Origin: Fistulifera solaris
Taxonomy: Eukaryota
Length of the DNA stretch: 64,000 nt
NCBI GenBank assembly: GCA_030295235.1
Contig: AP026125.1
Coordinates: forward strand, 2,108,001 to 2,172,000
Direction: 5' to 3'
Shown here: positions 11,101-23,220 of the stretch, in pieces
Position numbering within the stretch: position 1 is the stretch's first letter
How the letters are laid out: the number at the start of each line of letters is the position of its first letter
Position numbers and translations under genes: made by a program
The notes under the pieces: generated by a model
Databases searched by the model: none
Told to the model about the DNA's origin: nothing
Seen by the model: the letters and a program-made list of their open reading frames with translations, nothing else

Positions 11101-12729
11101 CTGTTCACACCGAAACCAACACCTGCGACGGGTCCATTTGGACTTACTTCTGGACCTTTTGACCCGCAACTAGTTGGCTCTCATGTTTTTGGAAGGATGC
11201 CTTTTGCAAGGTCCCATACAGCAATGAGTGATGCTGGGTTTCGTGCAGACTATGATTCGATAGCATCTGAAGATGAAGCCGCTGCTCGTGTTGCGTACGC
11301 AGCGTCTGTGGCAACCCACGTGGATTCTGACGCATCGATTGATCGTACAGCTACGAATATCACGCGAATAGCCATCGCCGTTCCGCCCTTGGCGCGCTAT
11401 GGGGCTGAACCTTCATACTTTTTAGGTATGCGTTCTAGGTTGACAAATGACATGCTCCGATTCTTACAGGCAACGGACTCGCACTTGAAAAACAAGAACC
11501 AATAAAGGCTGCAGCCATAGAACGCATGACACGTCTAGTGAACACGATGTGGCCACGTGCTCAGGTGAAGCTTTACGGAAGCAATGTTACGGGGCTTTCT
11601 TTGCCAACTTCAGATATTGACTTTGTTATTTGTCTCCCTGCTGTGCACAAGAAGGCTGTTGCGGTGGCTCCTGGGGTTCTCGAAGGAAGAAACGCCATCA
11701 ATGAGTCGTCTCAAAAACTATTGGCTCGGACTTTGAAAGGGGAATCATGGATTGATCCGCGTTCGATGAAGCTTATTGAGCGGACCGTTGTTCCTGTAAT
11801 CAAGGTATCTACGAAAGACACAAAGGCTCGATCATTGCAACTTGACATTACCTTTGACAGTCCTGGCCACCATGGAATCGAAGCAATTCAAATGGTTACT
11901 CAGATCATGGACGAGCTGCCGGTAATGCGTCCGCTGTTGCTGATTTTAAAACAGTTTCTCAGCAACCGTGGCTTGTTGACGGCTTATACTGGCGGCCTTT
12001 CTGCTTATGGTCTATTCCTCATGGTTGCTCGTTATCTTCAAGAGCAAGAGTCTTGGGGAGATTGCGGTTCACTTTTGATGGGATTTCTTGACTTCTACGG
12101 TAACAATGTAAGTTTGTGAAATCTGTCGGCGATTCTTACAACAACGAACCATTTGTCTAAAAAATTGTGCGCAGTTTGACCCGCGATCTACTGGTATAAG
12201 TGTTAAGAACCGTCAGTATTTTTCTCGGCTTTCTGCAGTCATGGGCCCCGCCCCACAATCAGTCCCTACAAATGAGACTGCCTGGAGACCAATCGGAGCG
12301 AATCACCTACCGACAACACAGTTCTTTCGTCGTTACAGCTTTAGCGATAAGGGCAACATTGATGCTCATCGCGGTGCGAATCCTTCTGTTATAGTCCAGT
12401 CAGCAACACCGATACCAGTGACGGCGAAGAACAACCATCATCGAAAGCCACCGACTCAGCCCAACAACGAAATTGATCACTCAGCCATGCCGTACACACT
12501 TGATCCTCTCTTAATCGAAGACCCGTTGAATGAGTCGAACAACGTTGGGCGAAACGCTTTCCGTATATTTTCGGTTCTACGGGCGTTTTCGGATGCTCAC
12601 AGGGCGCTGTTAGCCTCCTTAGAATGGGACTTGCATTCTAATGTCGAATTTCAGGATGACAGTGAATATCCGCTGCTGAAATTCCTTTTACAGAACGAGG
12701 ACGTTGTTTTTAATGACATTGGTAGATAA
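8149..12729 (+). CDS. Large non-canonical poly(A) polymerase / terminal nucleotidyltransferase (Trf4/PAPD5-7-like) with ~1100-aa largely disordered N-terminus
   Basis: LYGSNVTGLSLPTSDIDF (GS + DxD), LQLDITF, GGLSAYGL, LLIEDPLNESNNVGRNAF (PAP-associated domain); frameshift ~11500, intron 12108-12174. Confidence 0.85.
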
Positions 12730-12818
12730 TGGGACGCTTGTTTAATGCTGTAAAAAGTGGTTGTTTAACTACATCTAACTTGTCGTTTGCTTAGCTAACA
12801 AGCAAAAGGATCTATTCT

Positions 12819-13982
12819 TTAGTTTAAACGCAAGATTGCAGCATTGATCATTTGAGGAATATCGAACTCGGTCATTTCTCCGGCCGTCTTTCCCGTCAAG
12901 GGAAACACTCGACACGTGAGACTCTTGTCCCAACGATCGGCTACCGCGGCCACATCCAAAAACAAAGACGCCAGTTCGTTCGAATCGACATCTCCAGGGA
13001 TGGGGACTGTATCTACGCCGACACCACAAACGTGGCTTATACTGAGTAAGTCCATGATGCGTAGACTACCTTGTAACGAGTGTTCGACGAGTCGAACATC
13101 TTCACAAAGAGGGAGCATGATTCCACAATATCCCGTCCGTTTGATGTCAGGTAGGGATTGCAGACACTTGGTCACCGCAGCTGCCACGGCAACAATTCCA
13201 GGTCCACCAATACGATGTCCTAATGATTCTAGCGCAGTCGCAATGGATCCTTCTGGCTCCAGCGACGGATTGAAACTGGTATCAATGCCAGCGAAACGCC
13301 ATTGTTGTTCTTGACTCACCATCTCACAAATCTCTTGTACCGGTAACAAGGCTTCCGTGAGACCATTCCGTAAAATATCAGGAAGATCACTGAGTTGCTG
13401 ACATTTCTGCAACAAATACTGAGCCAGCGGCCCATTCTCGAGTCCAATAGCAAAGGCCGGTTCGTGTCCCGCTTTGGCCGCGGGAAAGAAAGGAATTTCC
13501 GCCTTGACCGAGGCTGCGACCGCGAATCGAAAATTTCCCAAAACGTTCGTTCGTGCAATGTCTTGTACACACTCTGCGAGAACGTGCGCCATACGGTTGT
13601 CGGTGGCGGCCAGGTCCGCGGAACAGGAAAAGTAGTCCGTTTGAATGATTTGGGGAACCCATTCTTGAACTTGCGCCACGCTGGTGGCCGGTCCTAACGC
13701 ACAAAAGTCAATTCGATGTTCTTGCATCAATTGTTTGAGTCGATAAAGTTCATCTTTGTGCTTTAGCCATTCTCCAAAGGGATTGGTGGCGATCCGTGAT
13801 GTTTGTACGGTGTATCCTTCCTGTTGGAGTGCGCTTTTCACGGAATCAATGAGCTGAACGGCCTGGAGGAGTTGTTTGATGCCTTCTTCATCGTAAGCTT
13901 GCAACGGAACAAAGGCAGTAACTGTTCGAATGTTGAACAAGTTTTGATAAGGATGACTCTGTTGTTGTAAATGTTCTGACAT
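12819..13982 (-). CDS. DUF711 / UPF0210 family protein, intronless
   Basis: NIRTVTAF, YTVQTSRIATNPF, IPFFPAA, GIDTSFNP, GYCGIMLPLCED, HVCGVGVDTVPIPGD motifs. Confidence 0.8.
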   Translation of the reverse strand: MSEHLQQQSHPYQNLFNIRTVTAFVPLQAYDEEGIKQLLQAVQLIDSVKSALQQEGYTVQTSRIATNPFGEWLKHKDELYRLKQLMQEHRIDFCALGPATSVAQVQEWVPQIIQTDYFSCSADLAATDNRMAHVLAECVQDIARTNVLGNFRFAVAASVKAEIPFFPAAKAGHEPAFAIGLENGPLAQYLLQKCQQLSDLPDILRNGLTEALLPVQEICEMVSQEQQWRFAGIDTSFNPSLEPEGSIATALESLGHRIGGPGIVAVAAAVTKCLQSLPDIKRTGYCGIMLPLCEDVRLVEHSLQGSLRIMDLLSISHVCGVGVDTVPIPGDVDSNELASLFLDVAAVADRWDKSLTCRVFPLTGKTAGEMTEFDIPQMINAAILRLN

Positions 13983-14261
13983 GTTTGCTTGTTGTTGTGA
14001 AAAGAGAGAATTTTATGAGGGTGCTTACGCCTTCCTTTTCATTAGCCTTCGAATTCTTTTGGGTGTCTCCGAAACCGAACGAATTCCCAATATTCTATTC
14101 TGCAATGATGTGATGTTATTCGGATTCTGATTTGAATCTTGATGCCTCTAAAGGAAGTAAAAAATGATACGGAGTAGTTGTTTGTCAGGAGAAACATCAC
14201 CGTTTTATTATGCGTTTTGTTATGCTGTCATGCTTCCGGTCCTGTACGTGACTCCGAATCG

Positions 14262-14832
14262 TCGGCGTTTGCCATCATACAGAAATTCTGAGATGGGCGT
14301 TCCAGAAATTCTGGAAACGGTGGCTGGTCCAGAAATTCTGGACCAGCAGTGTTTGCCGTCCTACAGAAATTCTGTGACGGGCGTTCCAGATATTCTGGAA
14401 TCGGTGTTTGCTTTCTGGAATCGGTGGCTGGTCCAGAAATTCTGGACCATCAGTGTTTGCAGTCCTACAGAAATTCTGTGATGGTCGGGTCAGAAATTCA
14501 GGAATCGGTGTTTGCGACCATATTCTGCGGCTGGTCCAGGAATTCGGGACCATCCGTGTTTGCGGTCGTACAGTACACAAATTCTGTGGTGGGCGTTCCA
14601 GAAATTCTGGAATCGCTGTTTGCGATCATGAAGTTGCAGAAATTCTGTGACTGGTCCAGAAATTCTGGACCATCGGTGTCTGCGGTCATACAGAAATTCT
14701 GTGATTGTCGTTCAAGAAGAATTCTGGGATCGGTGTTTGCGATCCTATTCTGTGGCCGGTCCAGAAATTCTGGACCATCAGTGTTTGCAATCGTACAGAA
14801 ATTCTGTAAGTTACGTTCCAGATAATCTGGAA
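14262..14832. repeat. Degenerate tandem array of palindromic CCAGAAATTCTGG-core units (same family as 60641-61505, opposite orientation)
   Basis: Repeated TTCCAGAAATTCTGGAA, GGTCCAGAAATTCTGGACC and ACAGAAATTCTGT joined by the linker ATCGGTGTTTGC. Confidence 0.95.
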
Positions 14833-15007
14833 AATATTGTCCGCACGTCCACCGCTCTAAGATCTGGGATTGCACTCGACGCTCGACGCGCTCGGTCGTG
14901 ATTTTCTCGCGTGCCCTCTCTTTGAGTAGTTTACAATCATGATCATGAATTGTATTTGACATACATTTGATTTATTATCCATTGAACTCATAATTATTAC
15001 AAATATC

Positions 15008-17623
15008 ATGTCATCAAACAAATCTTTGACGGACATGTCGACCAAAGTCGGCGGACGCGTCTTTCAGCCGGCTCTACCCGTCGTCGACGGCGCGCCTCCG
15101 ACCGCGATCGAACAAGGCTTTCAATCGACGTTACAAGAATACATTCAAGACAACATTCCACTCGAATCTTTAGAAGGCATTCGATTGCGAGAACGCGTAT
15201 TGAATGAACTCGGTGCATTGTGTCGGGATTGGATTCGTTCGGTGTGTGTCAATAAAGGATTTGCGCCGGATATTGTCGACGGCGCCGGAGGACAATTGTA
15301 TACTTCGGGAAGTTATCGACTCGGTGTACACGAACCAGGAGCGGATATTGATTGTATTCTCGTGGCTCCGGCAATGTGTCATCGTCATGACTTCTTCGGG
15401 ACCGCCGTAGCCGGTGCGAGTGACGATCATCCGCGCGATCCCAATTCACTGGCAGAACGCATTCGACGGCATCCGGAAGTTACCAACTTTGTGCCCGTCG
15501 AAGGAGCGGCGGTTCCCATTTTGACGTTTGATTGGTTGGGCATCAATATTGATTTACTATTCGCGCGGTTGAATATCAACTCCATTCCCTCCGGATTCGA
15601 TGTTGACAATGATGGAGTCTTGGATGGAGCGGATGGAGCCACGGAAAAGTCACTCAACGGTCCGCGGGTTACCAACTTAATTGCCGCATTTGTAGGAGGT
15701 ACTCCTGAACGTTACCAAGCTTTCTTGACGGTCGTGCGATGTGTTCGTAAATGGGCCAAAGCACGGGGTTTGTACAGCAACAAGATGGGATATTGGGGAG
15801 GAGTCAATTGCAATTTAGCGGTGGCACTGACCGTACAACTATATCCCAATGCGTGTCCTGCAACATTGTTGCGTCGTTTCTTTTGGTATTCAAAACATGG
15901 CGATGGCCGCAGCCGGTGCTTTTGACGGCACCACACGATGCGGGATACGGTTTGCCGGTGTGGAGTCCGTTGCAAGCGATGCGGCAAGTCGCGCCCATGA
16001 TTACACCGGCGTATCCCGCCATGAATTCGACACTCGCCGTTTCGCGACAAACACTCCAAATTATGACAGAAGAGTTCAATCGGGGATACGAAATTGTGGA
16101 TTCGTTGTGGAAAGAGTATCAGAGAGATACGAATGCCGAACTCAACTGGGGTCGTTTGTTTGAACCATCCGACTTTTTCATTGCCTATCCGGTAAGTAAC
16201 AGATAGAATACGAAATGGAGAGTCTGACTGGAAAGCTTTTTGTTGGGCTTATTTTGTTCATTTCGTTTTGTTTTTCGATCCACAGCGTTACTTGTCAATG
16301 TGTATCGTAGGTCCCACGCAAGAAGACGCGCAAGCATGGTACGTACACAGTGAATGTTGTGGTTGCGATTAGCTAGAGCCGACTAAGAACAGCAATTAAT
16401 GACTCTTTGATAAAGGGCCGGTTTCGTTGAATCGCGATTGCGTAAATTGGTATCGGACGGATTAGCAAGAAGTTTACCCATCAAAAAGATTCAATTGTGG
16501 CCAAAAAAGTTTCAAGTATGCATTGCCGACAAAAACGCCTTGCTGACTACGGCCCAACGTCAGAACTGTCTTACCTACTTTATTGGATATCAAATTGATC
16601 CGTACCGAATGCGCGGAAGCGATTTGAATGTTGAAATTCCACTGCATAGCTTTCGCGAATTTGAATTGAGTCGATTCCAACCGCTGGTACCTGGCATGGA
16701 TATATTGGTCAAATCATTTTTTGTCAAAGAGCTTCCTTTGTTGTGTTTCGAGGATGTGGGTGGAAAATTGGCCGCGATGAAGAAAAGACGGCAGTTGCGG
16801 GATTCTGATCCAGCTCGTATTGAACGGAGACGACAGAAACGATTAAAAGAATTGAAGGAGCAGATGGAAGAAAAGTTGAAACGCCAGCAGATGAAGAAGC
16901 GAAAGCGTACGAATGACGATGGCGATGAAGAGACACTAGCGCAGTAAAAATAGAGGAGGAGCGGAGTGCCATCGTCACAGAAAGCTCGAACGGAAAGGAG
17001 GAAACACCACAGGTAGAAGAGGAGGCCAATCTTCTGGAGAACGCACTCGATGCAATGCAAGATGGTGGAGCGGAGGCCAACATTACCAAAACTAGACAAG
17101 AAGCCGAAGCCGATCGACAACGTCTTTTGGCAGGTGAGATATTGGACGAAGAAGGAGGAGGTTTTGAGGAGGATAGTGATGAGGAAGCTGGTTACATTGG
17201 GGATGGCGCTCGCGTCACATCTTTTGTGGTCAAGAAGAAGTCCACTCACAAAGATAAGCGCTCTCTGCCTTTGAGTGAACAAGAAGCTGAGGTTCTCAAG
17301 AATTTAGGATATTCCATCGTTAGCGACGACGAATGCAAGATCTTGGGAGCGAACATGTTGCCCCCCTGGAGAGCGAATGTTGTATCCACGGACGCCTTGC
17401 CAAAGCCACGAAAGATATCCGCACGATTTCATTTTCGTCGAAAATTTGATGTTGTTGAACTTGATGCCAATGGACACGTCATTGATAAAGGCGACGAAGA
17501 TTTCAAGCCATGCAAAGCATGGGAAGGTCGTTTAGCTGGTTTTGAATTTAAAATGGGCGAGCGAGGTCTGGGATACTACCGAACCGGGAAAAGGTAGTGG
17601 TTCCGTCGAACATGGCTTATTAG
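15008..17623 (+). CDS. Canonical nuclear poly(A) polymerase (PAP1/PAPOLA-type)
   Basis: GSYRLGVHEPGADIDC, VPILTF, NIDLLFARL, SLNGPRVT, KWAKARGLYSNKMGYWGG, MITPAYPAMNS; introns 16192-16285 and 16339-16415; frameshifts ~15880, ~16945, ~17590. Confidence 0.92.
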
Positions 17624-17923
17624 CGTACTGCTGCGTAATCACTGGATGAGTGTGGTGCTTTTAGAAAGATGGGCGTATAGAGTACAGAGTTGTTAATTGC
17701 GGAAAAACACACATAATCAGAATTTCAGTCTGTTCAAGAACACTATAAACAATGTTCACTATAGACCAAAGTGTATATGTATTTAGCCACGACTGCAATT
17801 CAGTCATGAATGAAATAATCGCGATACGGAGAATTTGTTTCCATTACCAGGTAGTCTATTGCTGTCGAAAGGCTTGAAGTACTTACGAAGTACATCAAGT
17901 CGCATCAAGAAGGAACAGATAGA

Positions 17924-19018
17924 ATGCAAGCTTTGTTTTCGACTGTTTTGATAGTGACAATTCTCCATGGACTGCCGCAATCGACGGCTTTCTTTTCATC
18001 CCCCCAACAAGGTCTTCGACGACCGGAAACGTTGACGTGGTCAAAACGTAAAAGCACTCGCGATGATATTGATCCTTGGACTGTAATCACGTCGACGCCC
18101 GTGATCGATCCGCGAACAGGTCGTCTTGGCCCGGTTTTCTCAAAGCCTTCTTTGATAGACACAGTTAACAATATCGGAAAGCCGCCGAAGAAGCGTCTTG
18201 TTGTGATCAGTCCTCAACTGGGCGATTTCGATCCTTGGGAATATGCCGAGTTGTTAACAGCATGTTTACCAGAATTACAAAAAGCCAACATTGATTTAAA
18301 TTTCATAGCCATTGGTGACATTGGATCGGCGAAACGATTTGCTAGAGTTTCCGGGCTTCCTCTCGAATGCCTACGAGTTGACCCCAAAGGATCGATTCAT
18401 CGTAACTTGTTCGTACATGGAGGACCCAATTGGGACGTACCATCGTTCTTTCCGAAAAGTATTCTTGAGTGGTTCAAAGGTTACGTCGGTGCATCCAAAG
18501 ACAGCGATGAGCATCTCGTCGCTCGAGCTTGGCTGAACTACATGGCCATGTGTGCGGGTATTGCGGCACCCAACACTCTCCCCGAGATTTTAAGAGGCTA
18601 CATTGGAGATCGTTCCGCCCCCGAACGGCTTGCCGAGGATGAAGTGGTGACAATGGGAGATGACATGATTGTTATTCGGGGAACAACAGATGTCAAATTG
18701 GGGCCGATTCAATACCAGAGTCTTTGGAAAAACGAGAAAGGATACCAACGGCCTGCCGAACTGGCTACCGTCCGATTACGTGGGATGGTAGAGACGCTGT
18801 CGAACTTTAATGAATATGTACCAGACCAGACACTTTTACATCTGCGTGGTGCGACGTTCTTGTTTGACGAAAAGGCGCAAGTGTTGTATAAACACTACGA
18901 TACCGGGGTCTTGGCTTATTCGACAACAATGTCGAGGCCACTATTATTCTTGGAACCCTACATCGGAAAGAAAGCACTAAATCCATTAGGATTTCAGGAT
19001 GCTGCACAACTGAATTGA
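17924..19018 (+). CDS. AhpC/TSA (peroxiredoxin-like 2) family protein, predicted plastid-targeted
   Basis: Hydrophobic signal peptide followed by STA|FF (ASAF-type motif); PQLGDFDPWEYAE, MCAGIAAPNTLPEILRGY, YQRPAELATVRL, RGATFLFD. Confidence 0.75.
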   Translation: MQALFSTVLIVTILHGLPQSTAFFSSPQQGLRRPETLTWSKRKSTRDDIDPWTVITSTPVIDPRTGRLGPVFSKPSLIDTVNNIGKPPKKRLVVISPQLGDFDPWEYAELLTACLPELQKANIDLNFIAIGDIGSAKRFARVSGLPLECLRVDPKGSIHRNLFVHGGPNWDVPSFFPKSILEWFKGYVGASKDSDEHLVARAWLNYMAMCAGIAAPNTLPEILRGYIGDRSAPERLAEDEVVTMGDDMIVIRGTTDVKLGPIQYQSLWKNEKGYQRPAELATVRLRGMVETLSNFNEYVPDQTLLHLRGATFLFDEKAQVLYKHYDTGVLAYSTTMSRPLLFLEPYIGKKALNPLGFQDAAQLN

Positions 19019-19168
19019 CCACGCCATATATCGTAATGGAAAATATTCTTATTAACTTCTATCATATTAAAGTATAACCTGAGTTATCGCACGACCTGTC
19101 AATGTAACATCAAGAGCCATATAGATTCCTCTGAAGCTGTTCAACAGCATGCACAGGAGCTAAATTCT

Positions 19169-21215
19169 TTATACGTGTTTGTTCTTTTTCGTTTTCGCAT
19201 CAGTTCCGTACGTTCGATGATTCGCGGAGGACAACCGACAAAGTGACGGCACGGAAGATCGTCGACTCAAAGCTGCTTTGGGAAGCGAGGACGACAAGTT
19301 TGTCACAGAAGCCACCAGCTTTTCTCCAAGATCGTTAACGCGGCTGAAGAGGCTGGACCACTCGCGCTGTGAAACAAGAGATACTTGGAGAATAGTCGCA
19401 ACTGCCATGAGTGTTCCAACTATTCCGAAGGCGGTTTTTACACTGCATGTCCAAATGACTGTGTCAGCTGACCAATAATCGTTTTGTTAAATTTTGAAGC
19501 GAATTTTCTGCACACTTACCTGATTATATTCGTCGACACGACACCTAACGCCACCGCAAAATTGACGATTATCCGAGGTAATGTCATGATGGAGGCACGT
19601 GCATTAGAGGGAAAGTAGAGGGATCGAATAACGCCTTCACATGGCAAGAAGATTCCAATCATGAGCTCGTAAACCAGAAAGGCAACCAGCGTGTTCGAGA
19701 AGGACAATGGGCTTTCTTCTTGCACCAGTACGGGGACAAAAAGCAGAAACGTCGAAATCATGTAGCATGTTGCCGCAAGAACTTCGACCGACATGGGTCG
19801 AATGGCAACAGTACCTTCACCGTCAATTTCGATTGTTTGAATAGGGGCGTCGTTATCATTGAGGGGTTGAACAACAGAAGTAACAAAACTTCTCAGTCTT
19901 GGTGCGAGTAGGCCGCCCGCAACACCACAGGCCATGTACGCGCCAAAAATTAGCCCGTATGCCGGCTCACCGTCCTCATCAAGGCCCCACGTTCCAGGCT
20001 TGGAAGTAGCTGAAAGGTGTCTCAAACAAGGAACCCAAAGATAGACAAAGATTTGAAGGCATCCAGCTGTGAGCCCTTGTAATATTCCCACGCGCAACAT
20101 CTTCGAATTGTTTGCATAAGCACATATGGCTTCGCGCAAGAAAGCATAAATGCTAGATCCGCTAGAAACTGAGCTTTCTTTACTTTGTTCGTCGCACTCA
20201 GTACATTGGCCATCGTCGTTATCTTTCTTCGCCGACCCGGAAGAGCCGTAATTTTCTGTCCAAACGCAAAGCACAACAATAAAAGCAATCACTGTGCATG
20301 TTACTGCACCTCGAAACGGACCAACGGCACCATATCGAGAGGCAAGAATGTGTGCGAGATAACCCGAAAAGATTGCAGCCAAATTACTGACAATCACAGA
20401 ATCACGAAGAATGAGCTCGTACTTTTCTTTCGGCAATCCCCGATTACGATACTCGGTGTCGAGCCACGTTTCAAAGACCGTCATGAGAAGATTTGTAGTA
20501 AAACCTCCAATCATGCGGCTAGCAACAAGTCCATAATAGAAAGGATATTGTTCGAGTAAGTTGATGAACGCTTCCAGACCGCAATAAAGAAGCGCTGCTT
20601 TCTTTCTTCCCATGTAGTCGACTAAGGGGCCAGTAACAGGTGACATTAACCCGCCTGTTGCGAAGCCCAAGCAGTATAACGTTGCAACCGAAAAGCCGTA
20701 GCTCTCGTAAAGAACATAGAGATGGGTACCTGTTGTTAAAAGGCAGAATGAGAGTGAGTATCGATTTTTGTGTTTTGCAACGAAAAAAGGCACCACATTC
20801 ACTCACCTTGCAACCCATCCGCCAGCATGATAACTAATGTAACTAACAAATACGTAACGCGAAGGATTTTGACCTGCGATTTTAACTCCGCGGAGGACTC
20901 ACGAAGAATGTTCTTTTGCTCAGCCGTTACGCCCTCCCGGTCGAATGAAGAAACAGAAATATCATCGCTGGCTGCGGTAGAGTGTCTCGAGAGGTTACTA
21001 AGTGAACTTTGATCCGAAGAGCTTGTGTCTGACAGATAATATTCTTCGTCTTCTTCCGTGGGACTCTCTTGTTTATTGAGCTTAGAATGTGAACGAGTCT
21101 TGTTGTTATGAACGGCTAGTTTGCTATCTGAATCGATGTTTGCGGTTGCATGATGGTGTGTATCGTTAACAGAATGCACAGCATCAATATCATCAAATAT
21201 AGGGGTAGCTGTCAT
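19169..21215 (-). CDS. MFS molybdate-anion transporter-like (MFSD5/MOT2 family); 3 exons
   Basis: YLLVTLVIMLADGLQG|THLYVLYESYG, GPLVDYMGRKKA, TNLLMTVFETWL, WTENYG; introns 20806-20730 and 19519-19443 restore frame. Confidence 0.85.
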
Positions 21216-22094
21216 TTCTTAAATAGATCCAAAATAGGATTCGTTTTGCAGAATCAAAACAGGCGACGACGAAAAATTGATCGACAACTTATCATAAGGC
21301 TCAACTTTCCACACAACTATAGTATAGGCTCGATTTTCGTTTGCTTTTGGCTGGCGTTGATGATGATGGAGGTGTTTCAAGCTTGTATCAACGAAGAGGT
21401 GCGATCGCGAACTTGTGATATCTTTGATTTGTGATTTGCGAACGCCTCACTCGCAAAATTTGAATTTTATCAATTCAACGCGTTGAAAATTATGCATTCC
21501 ATCATCCACAAGATCCACACAAGCTCGTGCTTCATGGACAAAAACATGGCGCACAATGCACAATTGAAACACACTACTATTTTATTATAGCCCTCACGTG
21601 TACTTTCGGAAATTCTGCGCGCATGCCCATTACCGGAACTAAAATTTCACCACGTAGACATCTCAGGCGTCCTTCTAACTAAGTTTTTATCAAAACAAGC
21701 TATTTAGACGATGCAGTACCAGTTTCGGTCGTCAGATAGGCTTTCCTGGTTCGTGGAGGGAGAAAATTGTAAGAATAGATGACGTGCGCATTTCTTTGCC
21801 CATATAAATCTCATCTCAGTCCTTGCTCTACGTCATCGTGTCCGTCACAACAAAGAAATATCGCTATGGGTTAACACGTAGAGGTGCCACGTGTCTGTAA
21901 TCTATGTATGAAGCTATGGACTAAGAAGTACTTGCCACGTATTTCGTACGGTACGGAGTATACTCTAGAGGGGGAGTCGAGCGTCGAGCAGCTGCCTTTC
22001 CTTAGAAAAAAATAATACGGCAAAAAAAAAAACGGCAAGCCTTTTACAGTCGTTGTCTTATACTCCGTAAGATAGTCTACTCTAGTTTGCGGTA

Positions 22095-22630
22095 AAACAC
22101 CGAAACCCGAATATCTGGAACGTGCACGAAATGTGTGTTTTTTGACTCGAAACAATAGGTCCAGAATTTCTGGACCACTCACACAGAATGTCTGGCTGAC
22201 ACAAAAGCGCGTATTCCAGAATTTCTGGAATTCGGACAAACTTGTTGTAATTCTTTATTGAAACACTAGTTCCCGAATATCAGGAACATCCACAGCAATT
22301 TACATGATCCAAAACAACGATTCCAGAATATTTGGATTGTGCACGAAAGGTCTGTTTTTGACTCGAAACAACAGGTCCAGAATTTCTGGTTGAACCACGG
22401 ATTCGAGAATTTCTGGAATTTGCACAAATTGGCTGTGATTCTCAAAACACTAGCTCCCGAATATCAATACTGGCCACAGAATTTTTGTATGACCAAAAGC
22501 ACCGATTCCAGAATATCTGGAACGTCCACGAAATGTCTGGTTTTGACTCGGAACAACACTTCCATAATTTCTGGACCAGTCCCACAGAATTTCTGATTGA
22601 CACAAAACCACGGATTCCGGATTTTCTAGT
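22095..22630. repeat. Diverged tandem array (~3 units of ~165-215 bp) containing CCAGAATTTCTGG palindromes
   Basis: GGTCCAGAATTTCTGGACC ~22158, TTCCAGAATTTCTGGAA ~22214; TTTTGACTCG recurs at ~22141, 22357, 22541; CCCGAATATC at ~22106, 22272, 22456. Confidence 0.85.
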
Positions 22631-23220
22631 CAAAAGAATTCGAAAACTCGACCTCTAGCTAGTTTCTCTTACCGTTTGAATAATCCCGATGACACTCCGA
22701 CACTCCGACTCTTTCGGGTCACGGATGGTTCGTGATTCGTGATCATATCACTGGAACCGTATTCTTACTACTATGACACACAAAGTATGCGCGGTTTTGC
22801 ATTCTGATCTCTGATTCGCTGGAGTTGCTTCTTCGCCACCTGCTGCTCGTCTGCCACCTGCGCTTTGCTTTATCCAGTTTTTCACCCTCCGACGGCACAC
22901 TCCACCAATAGGAAACGAGGCACTACAAGTACACTGCAGCATAAACTACGAACACGCATGTCTACGCAACAACAGCAACAGAAGGCTTTTCTCTTTCGAC
23001 GTATCCAATTTAATCATTGCGACAAAGCGTAGCAATTGAAGCAGCCGACAAACAACCTGAAGCAGATCGCGCACACAACATTATCAGCTTTCTCCTTGTT
23101 GTAATAGCAAAGCGAACATTGACTTGCATCGGAACGCTCCATTTTGCTCGAATCGGATAATCCTAACGTCTCTCACCGGAAAGAAATTTAGCGTTCTTTC
23201 AGAATACTGTATCGCCTGAA

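Noticed and set aside
8213..11335. Many short antisense or alternate-frame ORFs overlapping long genes
   Set aside because: Expected shadow ORFs; no independent motifs
11490..11530. Programmed frameshift or separate genes at CAA-TAA in the Trf4-like gene
   Set aside because: Adding one A to the run gives continuous NQIKAAAIERM; same pattern as the other homopolymer errors
14164..14962. ORFs inside repeat arrays (also 5295-5936, 21871-22633, 42341-43188, 60601-61528)
   Set aside because: Translations merely reflect the DNA repeat in several frames and on both strands; no protein features
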